A DNA stretch of 64,000 nt from Enoplolaimus lenunculus (lineage: Eukaryota): contig JASANG010003582.1 of NCBI GenBank assembly GCA_030248215.1, forward strand, positions 248,001 through 312,000. Reading direction: 5' to 3'. The position numbers and the translations under genes were made by a program. Each line of letters starts with the position of its first letter. Within the stretch, counting starts at the first letter, position 1. Below the pieces are notes generated by a model. The model was given only the letters and a program-made list of their open reading frames with translations, had not been told where the DNA came from and searched no databases. Of this stretch, positions 13,104 to 25,291 are shown in pieces.

Positions 13104-14954
13104 TCACAAAATAGACAAGAAATTTTGTCGCTGTCGCGGAGGAGGGCACAGCAGTTGACTGTTTTGTCGTTCGCTTGGCAACAGTCCATTCTCACAACTT
13201 AAACGTCGACTGTGACTTGCGAGTGTAATATCGCAAGCATGCAATGAATTACTATCTTCTGGCACAGTGCCATGATACAGTGTTGTATTGCGGCGAAGCT
13301 GATATTGCGGAAACTGCCCCTCGCTGTAAATATTATCTCTAGCAATAGATTCTTGACGGCCACCAAATCGTGCGCTTCCACGTCGATCCTGAGATAAGCT
13401 GGCCCTACGCGCACTACCGCTGTTTCCAATACGAAAAATACGCCTAAATTCGCTCAAAAAGCATTGCCGAAACCGTGAGCCATACTTTAAATAAATCAGC
13501 AAACTCCATACGCCGTTTGACAACAAGAAAAAATGACCACATTCTTTGAGCCAAAAATACACACGCGGCTGTTTGCACAAGTAATGAAATTGGCCAACAA
13601 ACGTTTCAAGCACATAATGAGTTGTTGGTAAACACTGACAAGTAATAAATATAATTATATAAGCTAAAAACATAGTACTACCGCGGACTTCATTTTTCAT
13701 CGTTGTCGACATTGAGTTGCGCAATTTTTGCATTTGATTCATAGCGTAAACCGTTGCACCGTTCAAAAACAACAACAACAACAGTGGGATTAAAAAATGA
13801 CCAAACGCTCTAAAATACGTATAATAGGTTGCAATTGACCGGCTTTTATCTTGAGACAGTAGGAAATAGTCAAAAATTACATTTGTATTCGGTTCCATCG
13901 CGTTAATAGCAACTGGGTTTTCTTCCGGTATCACTGTTGAATCGCACGGAATACCTGTCAGTGGTGCACTAGAATCAAAAGACGAAATCGTTTCAGAACG
14001 TTGTACCAGATCAATAGAGCTGCTATTTAACTGTTGAACTGCAGTTGATGATACCAAGCTGCAGTTGACGTTGAATTCAGCGATTGCGTATTGCGTTTTT
14101 GTGATGTCCAATCGATGTTTTCGCTCAAATCCAACTACTTGAAATTCGTAAAAACTCGGCAAATTCATAAGTATCGAAATACAAAGCAAAACAACTACTG
14201 CAACTAGATTCCACGCTACTTTACGAAAACAAGTATGTCTGAACGGATGACAAATGGCTAAGTAGCGTTCCAGTGATGCAATAATCACGTACCATGTACC
14301 GGCAGTGTAGAAAATTTTCATCGCAGGATACGAACGCAATTTAAATATCTGAAACGTTTTAAGCTATGTCTGATTTACAGAGTTGTGTTTTGTTGATAAA
14401 TTTAAATGCATTACACAAAGTCATCATAATGACTTTTGGTATGATGTAACTAATCTTTATTATTAAAGCTGGAAAGCCTACTGGCCCCACATACGTATTT
14501 TGGGCAACTTTCCAGCATTACTTTATTTTTTCAATATTTTCTCAGAGCACAAATGAGATGGTTGTGTGGAAAGAAAATTTTCATGCAGAGTGTTGTGGGT
14601 TGTCTAACCTTTGCGCATTGCACAAAACCGGCTGACCTGTCACTGTTATAGGCCAAAACTTACCAGCATTTCGTATCGCAGCGTAAACGTGAAAAAATAC
14701 CGATAAACCGACTGAATTCCGGTATTGAACCAAAACGCAATTAAGTATCCGACGTCATTAATTGCAATTGCGGTCAACAATGAATTCATTGGCATTTTGC
14801 GCATTGATCGTCGAGTAAATACATACGCAACAGTGCAATTTGCAATTAGCGTAATTGTGCTCAGCATTGTGAAACCAATGCCTGATATGCCTAAATGCAA
14901 TAACGATTGTTCCATTGAACTGATTAACTCTATGTCACAGTTGCTAAAATTCAT
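13104..14954 (-). CDS. Rhodopsin-class (class A) GPCR, FMRFamide/peptide-receptor-like, ~511 aa; coding exons 14954-14664 and 14348-13104
   Basis: Phase-0 GT-AG intron (CTG|gtaagt … tttcag|ATA) joins ORFs 14646..14954 and 13104..14339 in frame. Seven hydrophobic segments. TM2 LTAIAIND; TM3 YTAGTWYVIIASLERYLAICHPF (ERY motif); TM4 NLPSFYE; TM5 FLIPLLLLLFLN; TM6 FITCQCLP. Upstream acceptor TTTATTTTAGCAG near 14996 implies non-coding 5' exons. Confidence 0.9.
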
Positions 14955-15066
14955 TTTGACGCTTTATATTAAATGAATTTTTTTGTATATTTTAACTGCT
15001 AAAATAAAACAAATACTCCCTATATAACGGTTTATTACTGACCCATAGCTTAATTGCTAAGATTCG

Positions 15067-15676
15067 TACTGTAGTGATCCGAATAAGAGGGGGTAATAAG
15101 AGGGGGACCCCAGGTTGTGTCCCAATCAATAGTGGTCCGATCCTGTATTGCAACTATCCGTTGAACTAAACGTTTTTTGCTTTCTGTCAAAAGCTTGAGC
15201 GATAATGCAAGGTTATACTTTGGAAGGTTACTTAAAATTGAAGTACGTTTTAAAATTTTGAACACAACTTTATTCGGCCCTGGAGTCATTTATGCGCTAC
15301 AATTAGGGATAATTGCCATTTATGGACTCTGTGGGTTAAGGGACTCTTTCTGCTTACGGATTCTTATTAGGGATACGGACTCCTATTGATTTCAACTCAA
15401 AATAAGGATATCCTCTTATTACCCCACCTCATATTCGGTTCACTACAGTACTTAAGTTTTTAAAATACATTCCTTCGTATAACCTTCCATTATCGATCAC
15501 GCTATTGACACAAGACAAATAAACGTTTAATTCAACGGATAGTTGCAATACCGTATATATGTCAGTAACGAAAGGCGGATTAAAATTAAATAACAATCCG
15601 TAACCATAGCAATGGGGGTAACCTCTAAAGGGGTCAAATATATATCAGTCCTTCCTCTTATTCGGGTCACTACAGT
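15067..15676. mobile_element. Composite/rearranged copies of the TA-flanked TACTGTAGTGACCCGAATAAG MITE
   Basis: One left TIR (15067) and two right TIRs (ending 15450 and 15676). Internal blocks match 45833-46219 in both orientations. Confidence 0.75.
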
Positions 15677-15987
15677 ACTGTGCGTGCAACATAGGTTTAT
15701 GCATGTATTTCAGTTGTTAAATATAACAGACATAAGCTATATATAGGGGCGTTGACAGCAGCTCTATCGCAGCCTGATTGCACATGATCAAATGACCGAC
15801 GTGTAAATATGTAAGCAACAACCCATGCAAACAATAGGGAACCACCCACTAAATATAAGTCTAAACCTAAGCCGGGTAAACCTAAACCAAAACATCAGCT
15901 TAATCCTAAGCCTAAGATTCTCAGACTTTTAGTTCCCTCCTTCGCCTCGGCAGTCCTCTATTCTTAACATGAGTCTAAGCAGCGATA

Positions 15988-16103
15988 CAATTTGCAATTA
16001 GCGTAAATTGTACTCTTCTGATAGTGAATCCTGTGCCTGAGATGCCTATATGCACTAGCTATTGGTTCGTTGAACCTGTTAATGCTTATATCGCAATTGC
16101 TAA
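15988..16103 (-). pseudogene. Degenerate partial duplicate of GPCR coding exon 1
   Basis: CAATTTGCAATTAGCGTAAATTGTACTC…GCCTGAGATGCCTATATGCA…TTGCTAA aligns with 14836-14948 (CAATTTGCAATTAGCGTAATTGTGCTC…GCCTGATATGCCTAAATGCA…TTGCTAA), with indels. Confidence 0.75.
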
Positions 16104-16642
16104 TAATAACACAAAATGTGCGTAATTGTTTGTTTTGATTTGTTAAATTACTGAAACAGAACTAATACCTACTCCGAATACGGATTGCAAACCGCAACTC
16201 AATCTCAATTTGCTTGCATATTCTCAAAGAAAATTTGGATTTATTTCGCTGTTTTCAGGTAATACTGCAGAAAAATATTAGAGTATTAGTCAGTGCAGGC
16301 CGGTAGCTTCATTGAAAAATGTGGCCCCCTCTTAGAATGTTTTAACCTTGCTTGTAAGTCATTGAAAACCCTTGTATGTCCCTCCTGAAATTTTTTTAGC
16401 CCCTCTAACAAGGTAAAGCTGGCTCCTGGCTTGAGTCAGTCTTGTGGAAAAGTCTAATGAACCTGATTAACTCAAGCACGGATAAAGAGTATTAAACAAC
16501 TTATTATCTCGCTGAAATAATATGTTCATCAAAACACAATTACGTTGACCCCTAAATTAAATAAAAAGACAGAACGTCGATTCAGAAAAATAAAAGAACG
16601 TAAATTAAAAAATAGAGTTTCTAAACCCAAGTTAATAAAACG

Positions 16643-16832
16643 GGCCAATGTTACTTTTAGGGGCGTAACAGTAGATTAAGAGTATTCCTAAGTCTAAGCC
16701 TAAGCCTAAGCGTTGCAAAAATGTGTTCCTAAGCCTAAGCCTAATCCTTAGCAAAAAATGTAATCTAGAATCTAAACGTACTCTTTTATAGACGCACCAG
16801 AAACCTGGTCGCCCCTTAAAGTAACATGGGTC
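16643..16832 (+). mobile_element. Merlin-like TTAGGC MITE, second subfamily
   Basis: TIR GGCCAATGTTACTTTTAGGGGCG … CGCCCCTTAAAGTAACATGGGTC, with CCTAAG repeats. Confidence 0.8.
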
Positions 16833-18362
16833 CTAAAATGAAGAAACAAGCCATACCGTCACTAACCCTACAACTATGCAAATAGTTTGTTTGTTAGTAT
16901 TAGTGCAGTATGCTTAAACATTTTTGAACATAAAATGATAAGGTACCTTACTAATTTTTTGTTTAATTCCGCAGCAATCTGTTCCAAACCTGTTGTCTGC
17001 GGCATTGTTGGCATTATAGATGGGCACCGAACATCCGGATATCCGAAATGCTATTGTGTCAAAAAATTTTGGAATCTCGATATCCGGATATATCCGGATA
17101 TCCAAAATGCTATGGCGTAAAAAGTTTTTTTAAAATATAATTTGCATTGTTTCGCCATTAACGTAGCATTAGCTGACGAAAAAATTCTGTAGTCAAACCA
17201 GAGTTAATGTATTGAACCATATTCCTGCATAATTCCAATGATGATTTAAAATTTTGGTATGTTTTCGGCAGGCGAGTTCGGCAAACAAATGAACTCTGGA
17301 CAGCAGCACATGCACACCAGCGTCTAAAAGACGGGACCAGCTATTAACTGAAATTTCGTACTAATAGAACCTATAAAGTATGAGGACGACAAAATTAACC
17401 ATGTATATTAAAATAAGCTTGTGAGCATTTGGTATATTGAAGTGATTCAACAGAGAGATGAACGAAGTTTTCCTCCGTCTCACGATAGTTGCGCTCTGCC
17501 CCCCAGTTCAGAACACTTGATTTTAGCGATAAACGAACAGTGAAAATGCACATAGAAATAGTATTTTTAAGTGCGAAAAATTTTCGACATATTTTCATAA
17601 ACCTAATGAAAATTACGAATTTTGGGCAAAATGTTGAAAAAATTCTCTCCGGTCAGACAATATTGCGAGCTGGGGCACGTAGTTTATATGCCCTCATTCA
17701 AGTGACAAATTTCTGGATACACTATTAATTGTAGCAAAAACTTTTCACGACTCGTATAACTATAGCGGTTTCAAAAGACAGAGTGACATCCTAATTCGTA
17801 CATAATGAGTTCGAGTAAAAAGCCTGAACAGCAACGAAATTATTCCGAACGCTCTATGGATCTGCTTTGATTTAAAATTTCCCTCAAATTTCGTTTAGTT
17901 TTAACTGACACGGTACACATTTTGTTCAATAAAAATAGAATCAATTACAAAATAACAGTTATTTTTTTAAAATCTCCAAAAGGCAACTAATTTAAATGTG
18001 AACAATACAAAACAGATCCAGGTACTGTAGCACCCGGGCGCTAATTGATTATTTGTGTACATGCTTCATTGCAAAAATGTCAAAAGCAAGCGCGATTGGA
18101 GGCGGTGGTTATTTTAGTGTTAATTTTGAATGCGCTTTGTCCGCTGAATGAAAATTAAATATTTTAAATTTATCAAATATACCTGCTTGTTCTGTGCAAT
18201 TCAACTTGTTCGATGCGGAGTTCATAATATGTTTTCTGAATGGTTGCACAATAAAATAACAGGTATATGTTGTTAGTTATCGAGTGTCACACTTTAAAAT
18301 TTTCATTTTTTCACTGTGTGACTTATAGTTCCAACGTGACCATTTTGTGCGTTTATGATTGC

Positions 18363-18610
18363 GGCCCACGTAAAGATCAGGGTCGGAACATTTTTTGTGA
18401 GACTAGAAAATTGTAAGCTTAAGCTTTAGACTAAATTTTTTTGCTTGGCTTCGGCTTAGGCTTAGGAATATGCTCGTTCATACGCTTAGGCTTAGGCTTA
18501 GGCTTAGGCTTAGGAATAAACTCATTCTTACGCTTAGGCCTAGGTATGCTTAGGCTTAGGCTTAGGAATATGCTTATAACATTGTTCCGTTCCTGTTGTT
18601 TACATTGTCC
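18363..18610 (-). mobile_element. Merlin-like TTAGGC MITE
   Basis: TIRs, (TTAGGC)n runs, imperfect TSD ATGATTGC/ATGACTAC. Confidence 0.8.
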
Positions 18611-19496
18611 ATGACTACGATGGTACTAAAATGAAAAAACTGATATTACAAATTGTGTAGCTTAAACTGTTTTGCAGGCTATGGCAAAAGTGGACGAATG
18701 TTAAGCTTTTATACAATCAAGATATATGGACTGGCAACTGATAAAACACCATCTTAAGAATTACGGCTAATTCATTCGTAAACTTGACACAAGCAAAGGC
18801 GTACACCAGCAGGAATACCGAAACCATGTTAGCTATAAATGCCAGACCAACTATATTAAACCTATAATCACACGACACTCGTAGATGTTTCAATCAAATT
18901 AATTTTAAATTGGATCCGTTGGGCTGTATTCGTTTCCGTACCGGTACTACAGGTTTTTCAAGCAAACAATACGTGAAGCAATTAAACAACGTTAACCATA
19001 TGTTGTTCTTCAAGTGCTTTTACTAAGTATCAAAGGTAACAAGATACCTGGAGACAATTGTTGATTTAGCAGATATATATTTTTAGATGTGTGAGCTTAT
19101 GCCCGTAGCCGGCCAACATGAGCGCGTGGCCGATGAGAATTCAGATGGGGACGTACTGGGATTTTGCGGTGTTCTTACAAGCAAGGCCAACACTTTATAC
19201 CAGAAAAGGTCAACGTATTTCTACAGGGATTGGCTCCATATAGCCTTCTTTCTATCTAGTAGGTCATGTGACCGGTGTAGATAGTCGAATGGATTGAACA
19301 GATTGCAAAAACCAAGATTTCGTCAAATTATTTTGACCGCTCGAATAACCAAAACTTTGCAATTGAAAAAATCTAACGAATTTACGGTGGCGGATCTAGG
19401 GGTGATATAGAAATTAGAGCCCCATTGAACCAAGAAAATTGTGGTGAGATTCTTGATCGCTATATTCAAGAAGTTTTTTTCGCTATTCGACCTTCG

Positions 19497-19627
19497 GGAC
19501 CATGTAAAGATCAGGACTTGGACGTTTATCTGTGGGGCTAGCTTTAGACCAATTTGTTGCCTGGCGTAGGCTTTAGGCTTAGGAATATGCTTATAATACT
19601 GTTCCGTCCCTGTTCTTTATATTGGCC
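19497..19627 (-). mobile_element. Short Merlin-like TTAGGC MITE
   Basis: Perfect 8-bp TSD GACCTTCG; TIR remnants. Confidence 0.8.
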
Positions 19628-21948
19628 GACCTTCGTTATGACTCTCGTTCCCAAGACAAAGTTTTGTCATTTCACCGAAACCCTGCTACCTATCACTGGA
19701 TCAGCCATGCAGCACTAACCGGGTCAATTAAGAAAAAATGCATTAAAGAACCATTGCAGATATGTTTCAACAATTTGTCGCGCAACAACGCGCCAACAGG
19801 CAACTTGTAATCCAAAATCCGGTCGACTCGACAGTTGGTTGCTGATATTTATGCTTAAGGTTAGGCTACATTTAAAGGTTATGTTTAAGATATTATAGTT
19901 GGGATTATGCTTTGGTTAAGGATACGGTGGGGTGGCAAGTTATCGGCTCATTCAATATGTAGACAATGCAGGATAAAGCGCTTGCAAACTTGAAACAAAA
20001 CTTCGGCGTAAGTTCGCGTTTGGTTTTGACATTTTATCAATTTGCTTTTCGGATCTTTTTATTACACATCGTTTTGCTGTTTATTGCTCGTTCACATACT
20101 CAGAATCATCTGTGGAGTTTAGCAACCACTTGTTTTTGTCAATTATTTACCTTTAACGGCACCACACATATTGTTCAGCCAAACTAAAACCACAATTTGA
20201 ATTTATGGTTGATTCGGATACCAATGCCCCCGGGGCGACCCCCATGTAATTGGACCCACCATTGAAGCAGTACAGAGAATGTAAAAAACTTTTTAAACGA
20301 CGAAGCGAAACTTATCTGAAACCAAAAAATACAAGTTAGGCAGCATTGTTCAAAGTGAATCTTTACAACCGTATCAAAAAAATCGACTGAACTAAAATAA
20401 AACCTCAGATTTTAGATTGCAGCAATTTCAAGTAAAACGATAGACGTGCTACCAGCAATTTAGCTTAAATTTTAAATTAATACGGGTCTCTATTACAATA
20501 CTTATGCAGACATTAGGTTTTGCGGAAATATGGTATATTTTGTACTGAAAATATTTGATAATGGCATACAGAGTTACAAACTTAGTGTTGGGTCTATAAA
20601 TTGGAAGGATGCAGTTCCAGACCCCTTCTTTTGCTGCACATCCACAAAATATACCGAAGTAAACACAATTATTACTTTTAATATCCCTGGAGACGGTTAT
20701 AATCAAACAGTCGATAAACTTTAAGATAGAAAGCTTTCATTTTAAGTTTAATTCTATTTCAAATCCGGCATTAGAAGCTAAAGGAAGTAAAACGTTCTGA
20801 ATTAATTTTTTTACAATCTATTCGCCGTATTTTAGTCTGATTTTAACCAAATTTGACAACCACTACAAAGCAAAGAACACCATCATTGTAACTGATTTGT
20901 GCATGCTTTACAATTACAGTAAATTGTGGCTGATACTGCAGGTTTGATAAAAATTTTAAAAACGTGGGCCTATGTAAAAATCGGAGGCGGAACGTTTTTC
21001 TGTAGAACTAGAAAAGAGTAAGCTTTAGCTTTAGGCTAATTTTTTTGCTTGGCTTAGGCTTAGGCTTAGGCAAATGATTTTTTGAAAAGTGAAATGGAAA
21101 TCGAAAAGTGCAGAAAAACTGCAAAGGATAATAGTGATCCAAAAACATGTTTCAGTTTCCTTACAGTGTGGCATTCTAAACCGGCAGTGAGAAATTGGAA
21201 ATTCTCGTAACCGGAAGTTCAATGCGGTAGGTAACAGTAAATCACTCAGGGAGGTCAAGGGGTCAAATACCGTAAACCCGCTTCGCTTGACTTTTGGCTG
21301 CTCGCCAGCTTCGCTCTCGAATTGTGTCATGTTTCCCTTATCGACGCTTGCTTGTGTGTGGTGTATTTGTTTGGAGTGTTAATATTATGTGGAATATGCT
21401 TTGTTTGTGAAATATAGTTATGCGGGTCTGGTTTGATTGGTTGAAGTGTGAAAATTTGCATATTCCTTATTAACATATGCAAATTATTAGGAATACTCTG
21501 TTTCAAAACTATATATATGTGGATGGAACATGAGATTCCAGATGCAGTTGCAATTTGTCGATTGTTCGCATTTAGTTTTTTGTCATATTCAGTTGCAGTT
21601 TCTTTTAGCTTCCTGTTTCGCTGCCTGTGTGTTTCGCTGCTTTATTGTGTTTTGTTTTATTGTAATGTATCGGTGCGCAAAAAGCAACATATCGTGTTCA
21701 TCAGGTACGTTAGTTGGTTATGATATACGTAAAATCATTACTAGCTTATGCATATTCTTAAAGTAAGCCTAAAGCTTATTCCATTGCTCAAAGCCTAAGC
21801 TTACACCTTGATTATTATATATTCTTGGTATTATTAAGCGAATTCGGACGTATAAATCTGTTGTTCGCATGGAATATACTCTCACAAAAAACTGTGGTGC
21901 ATTTAAGGTTGTAATGGTGCGCAGAACGTTTTTACAGGATGTGAGCAG

Positions 21949-22220
21949 ATGTACGCGGATCCAAGTCCTCCCCGAAAACTAATGAAAAAACGTTCAAGAG
22001 GAAAGTCAATTGATACAGACACAAAACTTCTGATTGACAGATTGCTGATTGAAGAGGACCCGCAACATTTGTTCAGAAACTGCAAACAAGGGGATAGGGG
22101 TTTTCACTAAATTAGACATAAAACGGGAACTAGAGTTGTCTCTTTCGATTGAAAATTGGTAACTAAAGACACTGCTGACGATTTAGAGAAACTGTACAAC
22201 TTACAACATAAATTGTCATA
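21949..22220 (+). pseudogene. Decayed SET-domain-like fragment
   Basis: Allowing frameshifts and a TGA, it reads …EEDPQHLF…G.GVFTKLDIK.GTRVVSFD*KLVTKDTADDLEKLY, resembling the N-terminal part of a SET domain (GxGVFxxxxIxxGxxVxxxxGxL). Judged by eye only. Confidence 0.35.
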
Positions 22221-23762
22221 ATGTCCAGGTCTGCAGTGGACCAGTTTTTCGCGTCGCTGTAACGCAATATTTCGTCGCTAAGGCTGAGGCTTTGGGTGTA
22301 TAGGCTTTACGCTGAGGCTAAAGCTTTTTATTATTGATGCTTAAGGTTAGGCTTGCTTAAGTAAACTCTTTTCCAAGTTCAAACGCTGACCTCTTGAACT
22401 TTCGTTTTAAAATAGTTGATGTTTAATGTGTTTCATTTTGGGGTAAATATCATAAATTCATTTTATTAAACATTTCTAACAGAGGGCAATAAAATTTAGG
22501 TTGCCAAGCTTTGTAACATCTTCAATTTCCGTATACGTGATTAAAACGTTGACCGAGAGGAAATTAAATCCAATAACTGTTTCAATTTTTCACTGCTACA
22601 ATTTTTATTTTATCAAATAGGATATTGACTTAATATTGTTATATGAAACAGGAATGCTGTTCGGGGGATGTACTAACGGCTACTTTTACGCTGTGACTAA
22701 GGATGCGTAAGCTAATCAAAATCTGGTTGATCTTTTGGGTGGTGGAAAAGTACCGGCATAGGCCGAATTCGATTATCAAAGACTGCAAGACTATGCTGGC
22801 GCAATTCGTTTTTTGTCGGATTGGTGTATTTTTCGTTGGTTTGTATGGCTGGTACTTGTTCAGCCGTGTTTATTAAAATTTTGCCTGGTTGCGCCTATTG
22901 AAGAAGAAAAAACTGAAATTATAAGAGTTATTCACTAATTTTTTGACTATTTAGACACGTGCATATTGCTGTTATTGTGCAAATAATGTATGAAAATTAC
23001 AGGTGAGACGCAAATTATTGGGAAAGCAGGGTGCAACTTTCGAACCGAAAAAATCTGTTGAGATATATTGAGTATTGCTGATCAGCAAATGTGAGCCGGG
23101 TAAAGAGCAACGGAAAAGTGCAATGCTTAGCAAAATTTTGCAGCAAATACCGGGCTTCAGTGTTTCCAACATCGATAATTTTAATGCGGACGATGTGGTT
23201 TTAAATAATTGCAATATCTTTTGCTCACCGTAATACATTAAATATGCTATGAACGTAATGAAACCCTCCTTAGGTCTCATTTTCCTTTTTTTATAAACGT
23301 TTCTAAACAAGCCTGCATTTTTGACTGGTCTAATTTTAAATTTTTTGTATAAAAACCTAACTCGATTTTATTTTGCGATTTAAACTATCAAACGGTTGAT
23401 TTTCGCTAAATGAACGCATAGTTTTGAGTCTACCACAAGGATTTAAACATTTATTACAGTTTATAAAAAGATCAACCATTAGTGAACAGAATTTGTATAA
23501 CCTTAAGTTTTTAGTATAAAATGAGAGTACTGCCACATGGCCGTGTAGCAACCGGAATTTGGGTGATATGTGATGAATAGCACAAAGCTAATAAAAGCCT
23601 CCAAGACATTCTTGTGTGCTCATTCAGCGGTATTTAAACATTCTGGTGTGTTTTTTGTTAATACTACCAACTTTTCAACACTGGCGAGCAGTAATTTTGT
23701 TTGGCTGCCCATTCGGCGCTTTTCAGTCCTATTACCGGACCATACCCATGCTTATATAGTGA

Positions 23763-25291
23763 TGTAACGTTCAAAAAACTTTTAAAAGTTCTAATTCAGA
23801 ATAACTTAAATTAAATACGATTGAGTTTAAAAACAACATTGACAGTTAGTTGGGGTCAATAAGATAGCGAAGTTATATTTTTTAAAAATCATTAATGAAA
23901 CATTGCACTTTGGTGACCCCGATGTTATCTGCAAAAGTCTACGCAGTGTTTATTCAGACGTCAAATCAAATTGTTTTGGCAAAAAAATCAATTATTATTT
24001 CAAAATGGTCCAATTCGTTTCGATAATTGAGGTTGTTGTTTATTTTGTCTAGGAATGTCGAACTCAACCCAGGACCTGTCATTCTGTCAAATTACAGTAT
24101 GTCGACATTGGAACAAATTTTGCAGACGCTAAATGAGGATGATGAGAATTTTCAAATGCCCCCAATCAACCGCCAAATAATTGAAACTTTGGACCAATTG
24201 GATCAACTTGCCGTAGAAGCTTGCAATTAACTTAGTCGAATAGAAAACTAATCAGCAAGAAAACCCTGTTTTTAACCACAGCGCTGCGAAGTCAATTAAG
24301 TTGCCTGACGTTCATGAAAAAGACCCAAAAATTAGGTTTCTACAAGTTGAACAATTAATGACTGATGCAAATGACGATGTTAAATTAAACAGCCTTTTAC
24401 GCGCTCCTCCAACGCACATTATTGATGAAAGTGGAGCAAAATTAACAGACGGTTTTGATATGATCACCAATTGCGTGATTTCTCATTACGGTGACAGTCA
24501 AAACCAAAAGTTACGGAAGCCTTTAGAAACGCAGCTATTAGGAGACAAAAAAACCATCTGCTATATTAAGACAAATGCAGCGTTTAGCTCCTAACCACCA
24601 TAAGTAGTCCGGTTACGCTTTCTAGAAATGCTTCCAGAAAGCGTGCGAGTTGTTCGAATTTCTCTAGATGGTGTTAGCACTGAAAAGCTAGCTGAAACTG
24701 CAGATAAAATTAATGAACAAATCCCATATAAAAATTGCGTAATTACGTACAAGCCGTAAATTACAATAACCAAATGTCGAGTATGGAAAGCCTAACTAAA
24801 ACAGTTTTAGACTTAACGGAAAGTGTAAACGCATTAATGGTTGCGGAAAAACAATAGTCTAGATCACGTTGTCGCAACAATTCTAAAAATAGTTCAGCGA
24901 GTCGGAATCGATCTGAGTCTCGCACGCCAGGACTAGAATCAGACGACAAATTCTGTTTCTATCATTTTCGGTTTGGGAAACAGGCAAACAAATGTGAACA
25001 ACCGCACGCCTGGATCAACAACTATACCAAATCGGAAAACCCAGACACTCCGTCTCTGTAGCGGCGATGGGCGTAGTTAACAAAATACATATCGCCGCAG
25101 GCATAGTTGACCAGTTTTTGGTTGACAGCGGCAGTGTCAAATGTTTCTTGCCAATCAGATTTAATGATTCATCAAGCACAACACAGACTAACATTTATAT
25201 TGCTGCTAACGGCAGCGAAGTCCGCACTGCCGCTGTCAACCAAAAACTGGCCAACTATGCTTGCGGCGATATGTATTGTGTTAACTCCGCC
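23763..25291 (+). mobile_element. Decayed, 3'-truncated Gypsy LTR retrotransposon (CsRN1-like): short LTR remnant, tRNA-Trp PBS, gag, aspartic protease
   Basis: TG…CA segment 23763-23907. PBS TGGTGACCCCGATGTTAT at 23911-23928. Gag motifs IKLPD…DP..FLQVE, LGDKKPS, FLEMLPESVR, KLAETADK and C.YH.RFG.QA.KC. Slippery GGAAAAC at 25034-25040. Protease FLVDSGS…AANGS. Several stops and frameshifts. Confidence 0.85.
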
